In this document: positions 52,281-64,000 of the stretch, piece by piece
Layout of the letters: each line of letters begins with the position of its first letter
Numbering within the stretch: the first letter of the stretch is position 1
From: Amphiscolops sp. MND2022
Taxonomy: Eukaryota
Direction of reading: 5' to 3'
DNA: 64,000 nucleotides
Assembly: GCA_964187785.1 (NCBI GenBank)
Contig: OZ076409.1
Coordinates: 72,418,001 to 72,482,000, forward strand
Made by a program: the position numbers and the translations under genes
The notes under the pieces: generated by a model
The model's input: the letters and a program-made list of their open reading frames with translations, nothing else
Databases searched by the model: none
Told to the model about the DNA's origin: nothing

Positions 52281-54269
52281 GTGGGCGGGGGTAATTCCCC
52301 AACAAAAAAATCGGCCGGCGGGTCGGGTCCTGCCGGACGTTCAAATAGCGCGAAGCATCTAGTAGAAAACAAGGAGTCCTGAAACAGCGATTTTAAAATT
52401 GAACCGTTAGAATTTGGTTTTAGATTGCATGCGGCCCTAAAATCCCCATACGAATGGAAGTTCCTGCTGGCGTTAAGCGATTGAAATAATATATAAAAAG
52501 TTATGGCCCATTTTTGGGTCACCGAGAAGGTCAAAATGAAGAAAATTTTAACTAAGTTGCTGATAACTCAAAATGTGTTAATTTTTGGACTTTGACTGTG
52601 AAACAAGCTTGGAACCTTCATTTCGTGGCTGTGGCATTGCACTGAACACAAAAGATGTAAAGTTTTCACATTTTTTGAAAATTCGACATTTTTGAATTTT
52701 TTTTCACTACTACCAGTACACTATATGTCAAAAACACCTCTGAAAAATTTTTTTATTTGCTTAAATTTAGAAACCTCGGTATCCATGGTTTCCATCAGTA
52801 CCTACTCGCTGCCAAACACTCAACAGTTTGCATCCAATGTGAAAATAAAATTTTTTTCGAGGTCTTAGGTGTTTCACAAGGATTTCTCAACTTAGTATCA
52901 TTTTACAAATTGGTCATTTTGAACACATTATTTTCATCGAAGCGTGTCATATACCGCCCTAATGCTCACGAACGGGCCTACTGGCAACGTTGGAACCGTT
53001 TATAGTAATAGAAAGTTTAAAAAAATATATTTTCACCCGGTCTTCAGTCATTTTTCAGTCATTCGGAACTTAACTTAGAAAAATTTCGACCAAAATACCC
53101 ATTTTTTGTCAGGTCGAAAAATCAAATTCAGATTTTTAAGCAAAATTATTAACTCTGACGTACCTCATGGGGCCCATGATACTCAAAACAACGATTGACA
53201 CTGGTATCAATGGCTCCAATAACATATGAGTCGCGATCGGACGTTATTTTGAGCAATACGTCTCAATTGAGGTAAAGATCTCGCAGGACAGCGATCACTG
53301 TCAAATGTGATTTCATCAAAAATTTACTCATTTTTGTCAATCATTATGTGCACAGAATGCGTAGGGTGCGTTTCAGCACTATCATGAGATTTTTGAAGGC
53401 ATCGAGTTGCTCAAAGGATGGTATGAGACATTTTTGTCCCATATACTACTGTGTTTTCCAAAATTTTTAGCCCAATATCTGGAAATACAAACTTGACAAA
53501 ATACTTTCAACTACTTTATTCAAAGGTTACAGTATAGATGAACACTGTGGTTGATCAGAAACTTTCATCTCTTTCGTTTTCCGAAATATTTTCCTTCGCA
53601 TGTGTTATATTTGTATCAGAAAAAAAATCGAAACTGAAAAATACGCTATTTTGCTAATATAGAATCGCAATGATTGTGCCTAAAAACTCTTTAAACACTT
53701 CTAACGCGACCTTACGCACCCAAAATGATCGGAAATGCTATTCACAATGGTGACATGTGCTCTTTCAACGATCCTGGCTGGACAAGGTTTGCATATTTTT
53801 CAAGTACCTGTCAGCTGAATCTTGTGATAGCCTTTTAAGTTGGCCTTGTGTCAACTTGGGAAGGCTATCACATCAAACAACCATCAACAAAAATAATTTT
53901 TGTTTATTGGATATTACAGTTGATACCTTATTTCGTGATTCTATACTACCGTTAGTATATTCCATGAGGTCACCTTACGATTGCATTCAGACTTTGATGA
54001 AAACCTATGAACTCAAAGTCACATTTATATATTTTTTGCCCAAAAAAATCATCAAAAACATCTAATATATATAAAATTGAGTCTTTAACTTTTTTACGTT
54101 TCAAGTTTCTGCCGTTATTAGGCCAATCAACTTCCTACAGCCACGCTCTCTGTCATACTGTACAACGCCACATAGTGTTGCGACGTGCACAGTCTGTGGG
54201 CATGCCGAGGCATGCCCTTCGACGACGTATGCCGAATACCGCGGGCCTACGCCCGCGCTCCCCGGCTAG
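52281..54269 (+). mobile_element. Unit U22, family S (1989 bp)
   Basis: Head and tail types as U3. Confidence 0.85.
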
Positions 54270-57200
54270 GTGGGCGGGGGTAATTCCCCAACTAAAAATT
54301 CGGCCGGCGGGTCGGGTCCTGCCGGCCGTCCAAAATCAAAATCCTACTAGTAGAAAACGGCATGTCAAACGAGCTATTTTTTTATTTAACCGTTAGAATT
54401 TGGGTTTAGATTGCATGCGGCCATGAAATGGCCATACGAATTGAAGTTCCTGCTGACGTTTTGCGATTGAAACACTTTATAAAAAGTTATGGCCAATTTG
54501 TCAGTCACCTAGAAGGGCAAAATGAGGAAAATTTTAACAAAGTCGCTGATATCTCAAAATGTGTTAATTTTTGGACTTTGACTGTGAAACAAGCTTGGAA
54601 CCTTCATTTCGTGGCTGTGGCATTGCACTGAACACAAAAGCTGTAAAGTTTTCACATTTTTTGAAAATTCGACATTTTTGAAATTTCTTTCACTACCATC
54701 AGTACCCCATATGTCAAAAACACCTCAGAAAAAAATTTTTATTTGCTTTAAATTGGAAACCTTGGTATCCATGGTTTCTGTCGGAACCTACTCGCAACCA
54801 AACACCCAACAGTTTGCATCCAATGTGAAATAAAAAATTTTTTCGAGGTCATAAGCGTTTCACAAGGTTTTCATGATTTAGTATTAAATTACATAGTGGT
54901 CATTTTAAACATAAAATTTTGGTCCAGGCATGTCGGATATAGTCTGAATGCTCACGAACGGTCCTACTGGCAACGTATGAACCATTTATAGTAATAAAAA
55001 GTATTAAAAAAATTTTTTCACCCGGTCTTCAGTCATTTTTCAGACATTCGGAACTTAACTTAGAAAATTTTCGAACCAAATACCCATTTTTTGTCAGGTC
55101 GAAAATTGAAATTCAGCTAATAAAGCAAAATTTTTTACTCTGACGTAACCAGTGGGGTCCATGATACTCAAAAATACGATTGGGACTGGTACCAATGGCT
55201 CCTATATCATATGAGCCGCGATAAGATGTTATTTCGAGCAATACGTCTCAATTGAGGTAAACATCTCGCAAGCCTGGGATCACAGTGAATTGTAATTTTA
55301 TCAAAATTTTACTCATTTTTGTCAATCACTATGTGCACAGAGTGCGTAGGGGGAGTTGTAGCACTATAATGAGGTTTTTGAAGGCATCGGGTTGCTCAAG
55401 GGGTGGTATGAGACATTTTTTTCCTATATACTACTGTATTTTCCAAAACTTTTAGCCCATTATCTGCAAAAACTAACTTGACAAAATACTTTGAGTTACT
55501 CTACTCAAAGCTTAGAACATAGATGAACACTGTGGTTGATCAGAAACTATTTACTATTTTGTTTTTAGAAAAAACTGCCTTGCATGTGTTACACTAGTGG
55601 CAGGAAAAATACCAGTAGCTCCAAAAATCACAAATTTGGACGGACAGACTTGCAATGATGCAAAGCAAAAACGTTTCAACAACTTCTGACGCCACTTCTT
55701 TTACCCAAGAGGTTCGAAAACGCCATTAACAAGGCTGACATTCGCAATAAATAAGATCGAGGTCCATTTACTAACACTTAGGTTTCAAATTTGTTTCTGA
55801 GAAACCCATTTTTGTCAGGTCGCAATTTCAAATTTAATTTGGGAAGCAAAATTTTTCACTCTGAAGCAAACCGCTGGGCCCAAATTACTCAAAAACAACA
55901 AAAAGACTATCACCATATGCTCTAATAACATATGAGATGCGACAGTATGCTTTTAACACAAAAACTCTCATCCGAAGTAAACATGTTGAAAGCCTTGAAT
56001 CACCGTGAGAAGTGATTTCATCAAAAAATATTTCTTTTTCGTCAATCACTATATACACAAAACCCGTTGTGTTAGTTTCAGCCGTGAAATGAGGTTCTAC
56101 CGTAATATGGGTTGCTCAAGGTGTTGTATAAGAGAAAATCGTCCTCTTTTCTACTAACTTCTTCAAATATTTCGACCCTTTGTCACACGAAGTTAAAATT
56201 CAAAATCTCTTTGAATTGTTTCTTTAGGTTGGGATGAAGTGGTAGAACAATAACTTTGATCCAAGAATGCTAGTATTGGTGTTTGGACCATGTTTGGATG
56301 AACAAATCGCAAAATCATGAAAAATTTGTTTCTTTTTTTGGTTATTTTGGCAGTACTAAAAATGTTAGCTGACAAATAATTTTTTCGATAGCACCATTGG
56401 ATTCCGCTCAAAAAGTTGGTTATATGACATGTGTAATAACGCCGTATCTTTTCAATTTAAATATATTTAAAAAGCCAACTTTTTTGACCAAAATCCTAAA
56501 AATCATACCATTTCCTAAAAAATTTCAAATGCACCCCATTTGACGTATAACAATAGCACAGAAAACTATCATATACCGATCAACTCTACTCTCATTGTGG
56601 ATTATTAGCATTTTGTTTTGAACGAATTTTGATGGATATTAAAAAATTTTGAACCCTCCAAATATGGGCCAAAATTACACGAAAAAATTGACCTTAAAAT
56701 TTTAAAATGTCAAAAAATCATCAAAACTACAGCTTCTTGGGGTTCTATCAACTCCACGTGGTCCACAGAGTACGCTAAAACAGGTTTTACCCGTTTTTGA
56801 GCAATATGTGAAAAAGCCGACATTTTTGGGAAAGAAAAACATCCCATTTCCTAAAAAAAATCAATTGCACGCCATTTGCCGTATGAGAATAGCACGGAAA
56901 ACTATCACATACCGATCAACTCTACTTTTATTGTAGATGATTAAAAATTAGTTTAAAACAAATTTTGACGGATATTAAAAAATTTTAAACCCTTAAAAAA
57001 TGGGCCAAAATTACACGAAAAAATTGACCTTAAAATTTTAAAATGTCACAAAATCATCAAAACCACAGCTTCTTGGGGTTCTATCAACTCCACGTGGTCC
57101 ACAGAGTACGCTAAAACAGGTTTTACCCGTTTTTGAGCAATATGTGAAAAAGCCGACATTTTTGGGGAAGAAAAAATAGGCATTTCCTAAAAAAATCAAA

Positions 57201-59018
57201 TGCACGCCATTTGCCGTATAAGAATAGCACAGAAAACTATCATATACCGATCAACTCTACTCCCATTGTAGATTATTAGAATTTTATTTTGAATGATTTT
57301 TGATGGTTATTAAAAAATTTTGAGCCCCCCAAAAGCGGGCCAAAATTACACGAAAAAATTGACCTTAAAATTTTAAAATGTCAAATAATCATCGAAACCA
57401 CAGCTTCTTGGGGTTCTATCCACTCCACATGGCCCACAGAGTATGCCAAACCAGGTTTTGCGCGTTTTTGAGCAATATTTGAGAAAGCCGAGTTTTTTGG
57501 GGAAGAAAAACATAACATTTCCTAATAAAATTCAAATGCACGCCATTTGGCGTATGACAATAGCACAGAAAACTATCACATACTAATCAACTCTACTCTC
57601 TTTGTAGATCACCAGAGTTTTGCTTAGAATAAATTTTGATGAATATTTGTAAATTTTAAACCCTCCTAATATGGGCCAAAATCACACGGAAAAATTGACC
57701 GTAAGGTATTAAAATGTCAGAAATTCATCAAAACCACAGCTTCTTGGGGTTCTATCATTTCTATATGACTTTCAGAGTATACCAAACAAGGTATTAACAT
57801 TGGGCGATAATTAAAAACACCAATTTTATTTTAGAAGAAAACCATAATAAGTTCAATATAAGAAGTGAATCATTCCATATATATACCCTGTCTTATATTT
57901 TAAATTAGCGATAATATATATACTTGATGTTTTTTGAAAGTGAGCTTCATAAGTGGTTGAGATGTGATAATACGTAAATGGATTCCAAGTTTCATCGAAA
58001 TGTCAATGGAATACGTCCAATCAACTTCAATCTTAACAATTAGATAACAAAAAACCTAAGTACATTCCATCTCCCCATCGGGGAGATGAGAATGTACTTT
58101 TCAAAAACCAAAAACTTAGATGTTTTTTTTTGTAACACTTACTGTAACTGCTGAAATGATGAAAGAATAATTATGCTTCTAATAACTCCATGATTTTTTG
58201 CTTCAGCATTTTTTTTGCAGAACAAAACCATCAGACATATTTTTCGCAGTTAAGTTCGATCGTATTACCCAGTGAACAAAGGTATGGAAGGATGTTTACA
58301 AGTTGTTTCAAAACTTTCCCGCCTTCCAAAATAATGAAACGTCTACACAACCAAGATAGCAAATGAATGAATGCGGAATGCATCTTATTAGATAAGATAA
58401 ATAACGTGTAGAACTTACCTTTATCTGAAGTTGACGTTGATTTATGATCTTTAGAGGATAGTTTGATTTTTGACCATAATAGTGGGAAACTAATTATTAT
58501 ATGAATGATGGCGTGGAAAGCGTTCAGAAATTGTAGTATTTTGGATTCGAGCATGTATGCGTGGGTTCCTTTGGTGGCGTTAGCTTAGTGTACATGATGG
58601 AAGTTTTCGATCTGTTATGATTAATTTTACTCACGAGTCTTTGTTTTTCCTATTTTTTTGCCATTAAGTACATTCATTCTATCCCCTTTTCTGAGAATGT
58701 ACGTTTGTCAAATGACTGTCATCCAAATTTTGCATTCCCGAAGAGTTTAAATACATAACACGTGTTTAGCGTTTCCAAATCACAACCGAGTAACATTCTA
58801 TTTTTTTTTCTCAAAATTGATAATGGTTTTGATTTTGGTGTCTTCTACTTTCATCATCCATCATAACAACCACCTTACCATGTCTCTCGCTTGTCTTCAT
58901 TTTACAACGCCACATAGTGTAGCGACGCCCACAGTCTGTGGGCATGCCGAGGCATGCCCTTCGACGACGTATGCCAAATTTAGCGTTAGCCCGCGGTCAC
59001 TACCGCGGTAGCAGCTAG
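54270..59018 (+). mobile_element. Unit U23, family L (4749 bp)
   Basis: 3' body closest to U2, but terminal hairpin of the U1 type. Hairpin 58058-58099. Confidence 0.85.
56505..57843 (+). repeat. Internal tandem repeat, 4 x ~337 bp
   Basis: Same monomer as the other L units. Confidence 0.9.
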
Positions 59019-61000
59019 GTGGGCGGGGGTAATTCCCCTTCAAAAAATTCGGCCGGCGGGTTGGGTCCTGCCGGACGTCAAATAGTGTGAAACATCCAGT
59101 AGAAAACGGGGGTAATTATCAGCGATTTTAAAATTTAACCGTTAGAATTCGGACTTGGATTGCATGCGGCCCCAAAATGCCCATACAAATCGAAGTTCCT
59201 GCTGACGTTAAGCGATAAAAACACTTTATAAAAAGTTATGGCCCATTTTACGTTCACTTAGAGAGGTAAAATGAGGAAATTTTTAACAAAGTTGCTGATA
59301 ATTCAAAATACAATAATTTTTGGACTTTGACTGTGAAACAAGCTCGGAACAGTCATTTCGTGGCTGTGGCATTGCACTGAACACAAAAGATGTAAAGTTT
59401 TCACATTTTTTGAAAATTCGACATTTTTGATTTTTTTTTCACTACTATCAGTACACTATATGTCAAAAACACCTCTGAAAAAATTTTTATTTGCTCAAAT
59501 TTAGAAACCTCGGTATCCATGGTTTCCGTCAGTACCTACTCGCTGCAAAACGCTCAACAGTTTGCATCCAATGTGAAAATAAAATTTTTTTGGAGGTCTT
59601 AGGTGTTTCACAAGGATTTCTCAACTTAGTATCAATTTACAAATTGGTCATTTTGAACACATTATTTCCATCGAAGCTTGTCGGCTATAGCCTTAATGTT
59701 CTAGAACGGTCTCACTGGCAACGTAGGAACCATTTATAGTAATAGAAAGTTTTAAAAAAATTTTTTCACCCGGTCTTCAGTCATTTTTCAGTCATTCGGA
59801 ACTTAACTTAGAAAAATTTCGACCAAAATACCCATTTTTTGTCAGGTCGAAAAATCAAATTCAGCTTTTTAAGCAAAATTATTAACTCTGACGTAACCCA
59901 TGGGGCCCATGATACTCAAAACAACGATTGACACTGGTATCAGTGGCTCCAATAACATTTGAGTCGCGATAAGACGTTACTTTGAGCAATACGTCTCAAT
60001 TGAGGTAAAGATCTCGCAAGCCTGCGATCACTGTGAAATGTGATTTCATCAAAAATTTACTCTTTTTTGTCAATCACTATGTGCACAGAATGCGTAGGGT
60101 GCGTTTCAGCACTATAATGAGGTTTTTGAAGGTATCGAGTTGCTCAAGGGGTGGTATGAGACATTTTTGTCCCATATACTACTGTATTTTCCAAAATTTT
60201 TAGCCCAATATCTGGAAATACAAACTTGACAAAATACTTTCAACTACTTTATTCAAAGGTTACATTATAGATGAACACTGTGGTTGATCAGAAACTTTCA
60301 TCTCTTTCGTTTTCCGAAATATTTCCCTTCGCATGTGTTACATTTGTAGCAGAAAAAAAAATCGAAACTGAAAAATACGCTTTTTTGCTAATATAGAATC
60401 GCAATGATTGTGTCTAAAAACTCTTTAAACACTTCTAACGCAACCTTACGCACCCAGAATGATCAAAACTGCTATTCACAATGGTGACATGTGCTCTTTC
60501 AACGATCCTGACTGAACAATTTTCGCAAATTATTCAAGTACCTGTTAACTGAATCTCGTGATAGCCTTTTCAGTTGGCCTTGTGTCAACTTGGGAAGGCT
60601 ATCACATCAAAAAATTTTCAACAAAATTTTTTTTGTTCATTGGAAATGACAGTCGATATATAATTTCGTGATTCTATACTACCGTTAGTACCTTCCATTA
60701 AGTCACCTGACGATTGCATTCAGTCTTTGATAAATACCTATGAACTCGAATTCATATTTATTAATTTTGTGCTAAAAATAAACATCAAAATTATCCAAAT
60801 TATTCAAAATTGAGTCTTTACCGTTTTTGTTTTTCTTTTTCTACTGTTATTAGGCCCATCAACTTCCTACAGCCACGCTCTCTGTCATTAGTACAACGCC
60901 ACATAGTGTTGCGACGTGCACAGTCTGTGGGCATGCCGAGGCATGCCCTTCGACGACGTATGCCGAATACCGCGGGCCTACGCCCGCGCTCCCCGGCTAG
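59019..61000 (+). mobile_element. Unit U24, family S (1982 bp)
   Basis: Head as U4/U13, tail as U3. Confidence 0.85.
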
Positions 61001-62976
61001 GTGCGGGGGGGTAACCCCAACAAAGATATTGGAGGATTCGGGTAGGGTCCTGAATCCGATCTTAGTACCGCCAGCTATCAGTAGAAAATTTCCCTCAAAA
61101 ACCGGGATCTCGGGAACTAACCGTAGGATTTGAAAGTTGGAGCGGCCCCCACCAGATTTTCCCGAATAGATCGCCCCCCACCGGGCTCCATACCCCGGAA
61201 AATTTTTTTTTGGCCACACGGGCGACAGTTAGGGGGTCATTTTAGGGGTAAAATTCATATTGGTCCATATAACTTTTTTCCTGTTGGTTTAAAAGTTTGG
61301 GAACCCTGCTAAAGGTTTTTCGACCATGTTGCAAGGGCTCCGGAGGTGCAAACCAAATTTTTCTATCTTGAAGCTATCTCCAAGTACCCCCCCGCTCAAA
61401 CCGTTATTTTTCCGGAAACGCAGGTTTTTGACCCGGAAGGAGTCGTCTGAGCGCGGGGTCGTTAGGTGATGTTTTGGGGACGGCCTTGAGACAAAGTGGG
61501 GGACAAGTAGTTTTCCAACCTCAATTTACCCCCCGGACGGGAAATGACCGTTATATGAGCGTGAAAAATGCCCCCCTCCACGTTTTACCGCTATTTCCGG
61601 TGTGAAGGTGTGGGAGTAGCGCGTCGGGTGCCATATATCAAAAGTAGGTTTAGACAAGGATCTATCAAAAACATGTGGTTTGGGACCCCCTGACCCAACC
61701 CGTTAGCGGGAAATGGGGCTTCCGCCTCCTTTTTTTTCGGTTAAAAACGGAAAATGGGCATTGAGGGGTAAATATCTCGTGAACGCGTGGAGCTACGGTG
61801 TCCTTCACTACTACAAGGTTTCATACCCATGATATGGTGCCTTCAGGGGGGCAAACAGATTTCCGCTATCTATCACCGTTACGGACTTGGCCCCCCAGCC
61901 TAACCGCTATGTGACCGGAAATGTCACTTTTTGAGCCCAAAGGGTCGGTCCCAGCCAGGGAACGTTAGATAACTTTTTGTAGTACTCATTGAGACGAGTT
62001 GGGGGACATAGTTTCAGTCACCCCCCGTTACCCCTTGTGACCGGAAATGACCGTTATGTGGGTAAAATTAGGATTTTTGTACTTTTTGAAGGGCATTTAG
62101 GTGCGGAAGGAGTGGTAATAGGTGCTTGGACACTATATGATGGAATGGAGGACGTGAGGCGAACATTCAGACATAACCGTTATGTTGACCCTAAAGTCCC
62201 CCTGGTACCGTAAACGACCGGAAATGGTCAAATTTTGTGTCTATTGGGTACAAATGTTTGGTATTTTGTAAATAAAAGTATCTATTAGGTGTTTCGACGG
62301 TCTGCAGTAGTGAACATAGTCATGAAACCTTGTCGGGGGGTAACGGTATATAGCACCGGAAGTCCAAAACGTTAGAGACGGGATAGGTTTTTTCGTTTTA
62401 AAATGTCTTTCGGCGTACTTTTGTCAACTAATATGGAATATTTTTTAAAATTAAAGTTTTTCCATATAGTTTCAGAGACTCCCAAACCTCAAACAACATA
62501 ACCGTTACCTTATGATAGCCTTTCAAGTTGGCCTGGTGTCAACTTGGAAGGGCTATCCTTCAAAAATCGTTGATCAAGTGTGTTTTTGGGTATGTTTGAA
62601 TCATTTTAGAATCAATTAGAGCTTCAAGAAATGTTTGCCAACTACAAAAACTATGTCGTGATGATTCCGTTATTAGAGTAATGGTTAACAAAATATTGAT
62701 TAAGTTGATTTTTTACATTTCAAAAGTGTCCTAAAAGCCAGAAAACCTCTTTACCAAACAAATGGTATTGATTGGATTGTATATAACATGTAATAAAAGT
62801 TCAAATTGATTATTACGTTTTATTATGTAAGCTGAAACGTCATATTATAGTTTAATTAACGTCAACGCCACATACTTTACACCAACGCCCACCGTCTGTG
62901 GGCATGCCGAGGCATGCCCTTCGACGACGTATACCAAATACATTTCATATCTACACCCACCCGCGGTAGCAGCTAG
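61001..62976 (+). mobile_element. Unit U25, family G (1976 bp)
   Basis: Starts GTGC (the only non-GTGG start). Homologous to U7 with one fewer 503 bp repeat. 3' part homologous to U0. Confidence 0.82.
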
Positions 62977-64000
62977 GTGGGCGGGGGTAATTCCCCAACA
63001 AAAATTACGGCCGGCGGGTTGGGTCCTGCCGGACGTTCAAATAGCGCGAAGCATCTAGTAGAAAACAAGGAGTCCTGAAACAGCGATTTTAAAATTGAAC
63101 CGTTAGAATTTGGTTTTAGATTGCATGCGGCCCTAAAATTCCCATACGAATGGAAGTTCCTGCTGGCGTTAAGCGATTGAAATAATATATAAAAAGTTAT
63201 GGCCCATTTTTGGGTCACCGAGAAGGTCAAAATGAAGAAAATTTTAACTAAGTTGCTGATAACTCAAAATGTGTTAATTTTTGGACTTTGACTGTGAAAC
63301 AAGCTTGGAACCTTCATTTCGTGGCTGTGGCATTGCACTGAACACAAAAGATGTAAAGTTTTTACATTTTTCGAAAATTCGACATTTTTGATTTTTTTTC
63401 ACTACTATCAGTACACTATATGTCAAAAACACCTCTGAAAAAAATTATTATTTGCTTAAAATTGGAAACCTTGGTATCCATGGTTTCTGTCGGAACCTAC
63501 TCGCTGCCAAACACCCAACAGTTTGCATCCAATGTGAATTTAAAATTTTTTTCGAGGTCATAAGGGTTTCACAATGTTTTCATAACTTAGTATTAAACTA
63601 CAAACTGGTCATTTTCAACATAATATCTTTGTCGAGGCATGTCGGATATAGTCCTATTGCTCACGAACGGTCCTACTGGCAACGTAATAACCATTTATAG
63701 AAATGTAAAGTTATAAAAAAATTTTTTCACCCGGTCTTCAGTCATTTTTCAGTCATTCGGAACTTAACTTAGAAAAATTTCGACCAAAATATCCATTTTT
63801 TGTCAGGTCGAAAAATCAAATTAAGATTTTTAAGCAAAATTATTAACTCTGACGTAACCCATCGGGCCCATGATACTCAAAACAATGATTGACACTGGTA
63901 TCAATGGCTCCAATAACATATGAGTCGCGATAAGACGTTATTTTGAGCATTACGTCTCAATTGAGGTAAAGATCTCGCAAGCCAGCGATCACTGTGAAAT
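62977..64000 (+). mobile_element. Unit U26, 5' part of an S/L element (truncated by window)
   Basis: Head as U3/U6/U22. Confidence 0.82.

Larger units (their letters stand above)
1..64000 (+). repeat. Continuous heterogeneous head-to-tail array of non-autonomous Helitron-like units
   Basis: CTAG^GTG junctions with CTAG ending at 578, 2569, 7340, 9328, 11309, 16070, 18059, 20850, 22121, 24307, 26483, 33232, 35214, 36285, 37564, 39562, 41549, 46312, 48301, 50290, 52280, 54269, 59018, 61000, 62976. All but the one at 36285 lie 45-55 nt after the RGGCATGCC-GA-GGCATGCCY hairpin. Confidence 0.93.

Noticed and set aside
502..62919. CRISPR array based on the recurring palindromic repeat
   Set aside because: Intervals are 1-4.8 kb and mostly paralogous, and there are no cas genes.
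143..63700. All ORFs in the supplied track as protein-coding genes
   Set aside because: All are 158 aa or shorter, low-complexity (K/F/I/N rich), broken by stops or frameshifts in paralogous units, and show no HUH, helicase, recombinase or reverse transcriptase motifs.

Overview
The window holds no credible protein-coding gene and no host single-copy DNA. It is an AT-rich, probably animal, region made entirely of an unbroken head-to-tail array of non-autonomous elements. I count 26 forward units (24 complete, 2 cut by the window edges) joined at 25 exact CTAG^GTG(G) junctions, plus one complete unit inserted in reverse orientation (26507-28496). The bodies fall into roughly seven families (about 1.99 kb 'S', about 4.76 kb 'L' with 4 x ~337 bp internal repeats, GC-richer 'G', and 1.07, 1.27, 1.28 and 2.18 kb types). 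Across families, mainly the terminal and subterminal hairpins are shared, often with compensatory changes. A GC-rich hairpin just before a terminal CTAG and the apparent lack of target-site duplication point to Helitron-like rolling-circle elements. However, the 5' end (GTGG) and target (^GT) differ from the canonical TC and A^T, and the units appear to insert at each other's ends like a cassette array. The mobilising enzyme is not in the window. Everything was read by eye: junction coordinates were counted directly, while identities and internal boundaries are approximate.
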